Origin: a virus
Lineage: Duplodnaviria; Caudoviricetes
DNA length: 27,609 bases
Strand: one strand, 5' to 3'
Virus record (IMG/VR): IMGVR_UViG_3300017732_000046
Location: 1-27,609 of that record
Shown here: one piece after another, positions 27,501 through 27,609 of the stretch
Layout: every line of letters starts with the position of its first letter
Position numbering within the stretch: the stretch's first letter is position 1
Program-made: the position numbers and the translations under genes
The notes under the pieces: generated by a model
The model's input: the letters and a program-made list of their open reading frames with translations, nothing else
Told to the model about the DNA's origin: nothing
Databases searched by the model: none

Positions 27501-27609
27501 GTAGTTTTGGTAGTCCATTTTCTGGTTCTATGATGGAAGTAAGATATTGGTCTACTCCTCTAAAGGCAGATGCCTGGTTAAATCACGTAGGTGCTCCAAA
27601 AGCAGTTAA
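21563..27609 (+). CDS. Giant baseplate/tail protein, >2015 aa, truncated by the window end (gp7/P2 gpI-like wedge region with jelly-roll/LamG-like domains)
   Basis: ATG 21563 (MAIKKKKKGTGKG...); in frame at every place I translated, and its absence from the ORF track implies no stop before the edge (...NHVGAPKAV). FMDMIGHHYDIIW, REIWNRIL..MPYMLKTKGT (KTKGT at 26756-26770), YGIPTSILRIQEYGGP, FSGSMMEVRYW. Confidence 0.88.
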   Translation, partial: MAIKKKKKGTGKGFKKKSAGSKPIKLGSPGGKLGQISDPVISDLSIKSNEAASINSPKITGTSTTVQASQMIASGGAPSPASISNTQQNASVQPAPPAASPEPLVGLIDQKANRQIDIPQDIYNLVRLPDVNDFKPYRDTSYYTQLTGYDYKSDKWPDLYFGGSDADIIKVCVYGSDGGKIATEYLTKNKIDTYIASAIKGSPAVVKIDTGKILRDLGYRRGRFEVKFEFMRLSAGGPFPVLVNGKEKIYRGNFEQGDQQYFYASSDDPNSETIEGDKLYVKENKYIITKISGDRTEAIIAPAFIDDEQYLESFRLAAYNCINWFPEDPAPPAVFVDPATNVISFNTPENLPTGFMNGTIRIANAYFMGKRIVDEERDQLEFEPIIETQTLNPNFLIGRTLDTKFGWVGGGPWPNASAVNISVEDPVEIGDKRALRLDNVIDPNPSGQFAVKATLQNTLNFEQEYLNTPAVDGGAASSAGNPRSIGAIMRTNLIINTSPYVPMPIVVEGTQMTFSVYVKAEEGERLSLMAHADPWADNGTTIYSPTTVSNGDWQRLTLTYTLTNTAGINKLLFRIRWEPGYDDSNNLRWDPSNQSSVEQHHVSFAGAQVELGPEATDFHRVGPGNDTTIDVGTENIIKFADPDGKILIGDLAPGEEFTPNMIGGKLIVNDAHAILDLSETLLINEIDSDSVFEWDIQPSDGATGNPRTGGMLSKVNAYAIEKIDEGGDPILYPILDEGLNSQAIEVSDQFGISTFSRGYNALYWSSKYAGTADFGYHAQWVAEKGIDGGVAMWFPDLNYQDYIYDDIVAARIEAGPTDRNFEVPSVEEFADKNNYAHRFMQISTPEEDVERIGTNFKSIGALASYGVRVGDRIKVSWMQKSDPIDFEDGGRKGAWVTVNHWAQSEISPPDVPVITEEDRFYEDEAFHLYYGGVQGEFGAYDPYVELDGLRINSAPSLPPGNNEIAIENFLNLYAIDRPQAEGAGGYVYNQEGELIESEAFKWYWLSTGGSNNDESFSDDDIEDDPLVGRWTCKRLSEVIYPGDSEMVLNQYRVKGNIQGRSALLDINEYPSYDSFPTNRNISSDGVYKWNGESWVFATDGGQLDWNSVLEIEGDDATLYKRTRRLEAFNSGPVSTGHIYCNEFNQWEHAAFEFEITEFWALERPVMLDVRGHYGSFGNLYVDKLKMEVIKTSMERPEITENAVLGPLEFNIVNVIDTDKIEVDHNYVAASSEQGGLTSSIGKNKYSTFDKGFVIDYITQEQGSEDIFARYESKILDVINDQDSQKQIVVEKTYEEYGEEIGAVMSGADSINVLSANFNDYFIRYRMKDADNLYTYLITGDDSKSLITNFKPVNVEDYPGAIAYKFMEPLPPEIALLDMAFIAEEATPTLVEKFDLIPFIEEKIPPTVLRQPNWDDVDKPIRDRQTKYQSHTDLVGTNVDVRKQIEDRVLSGSLETAKINVDYSQFKNFSHFGSVEKKLNNFRNKLYAIETYAANSASLLGTGTSQGYLGNAAGELVSGSSDDVLKWEQEARKVINGFDEFENYMYNKSSSYSSGSNGVFYDNALPKYAAAGTLSDPFIPYSTTSSRFTTWYTTQQASASLYDRGNANRLINLMPEHITSDYENEEFLNFMDMIGHHYDIIWTYVKSLTDVHDRSEDITKGISAGLVEPVAESLGFPMIEGRDMVSLPQYHLGLAESPTEKGVYNVRYTQKSQKDVTREIWNRILATMPYMLKTKGTKQSLKALIAAYGIPTSILRIQEYGGPRPQADQNDFDIKQKFTKALDFNSSQYVSTSWNHAQHTTPFAQYARTNDTIEFRFKAASEETMQIATKVSASGDRMATIQLVNDGGADGRGKLKFELEGKEGGGRISQSIELPSHAVYNGEFWSAMVRRRTHHLTSSISGSWYDMALPSDLHTSQSFDLFLGYYDAGIDKVIVAESGSMTVEHEFLTEAFARTGSHHAILANPTDMWQWGGSTTDAHTGSFGSPFSGSMMEVRYWSTPLKADAWLNHVGAPKAV

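Noticed and set aside
21555-27609. Apparent 6-kb gene desert suggesting stop-codon recoding or non-coding DNA
   Set aside because: One frame is open from 21563 to the edge; TAA, TGA and TAG all end genes normally elsewhere in the window

Overview
AT-rich, densely packed, all plus-strand segment of a large tailed phage with a contractile (myovirus-type) tail, read in the standard genetic code. Left part (1-13526), early/accessory genes: ATP-dependent DNA ligase, an MBD4-like HhH-GPD glycosylase, UV-damage endonuclease UvsE, thioredoxin, a possible beta-barrel membrane protein, 2OG-Fe(II) oxygenase, a DMT/SMR-like membrane protein, Hsp20, a 3D-domain cell-wall enzyme, an HD hydrolase, a gp55-like sigma factor and many small ORFs. 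Right part (13563-end), virion/baseplate operon: gp5-like spike, gp25, gp6/baseplate J, a DNRLRE-like protein, and a >2015-codon ORF (21563 to the window edge) absent from the supplied ORF track. Non-coding signals: three copies of a conserved sigma70-type promoter (TTTACT-N17-TAGATT with upstream A-tracts); a sigma54-like element with two palindromic operators and a 5' hairpin upstream of hsp20; and a candidate late promoter after the sigma gene. I saw no tRNA, rRNA, CRISPR array or mobile element. All family calls come from motif recognition by eye, not from database searches.
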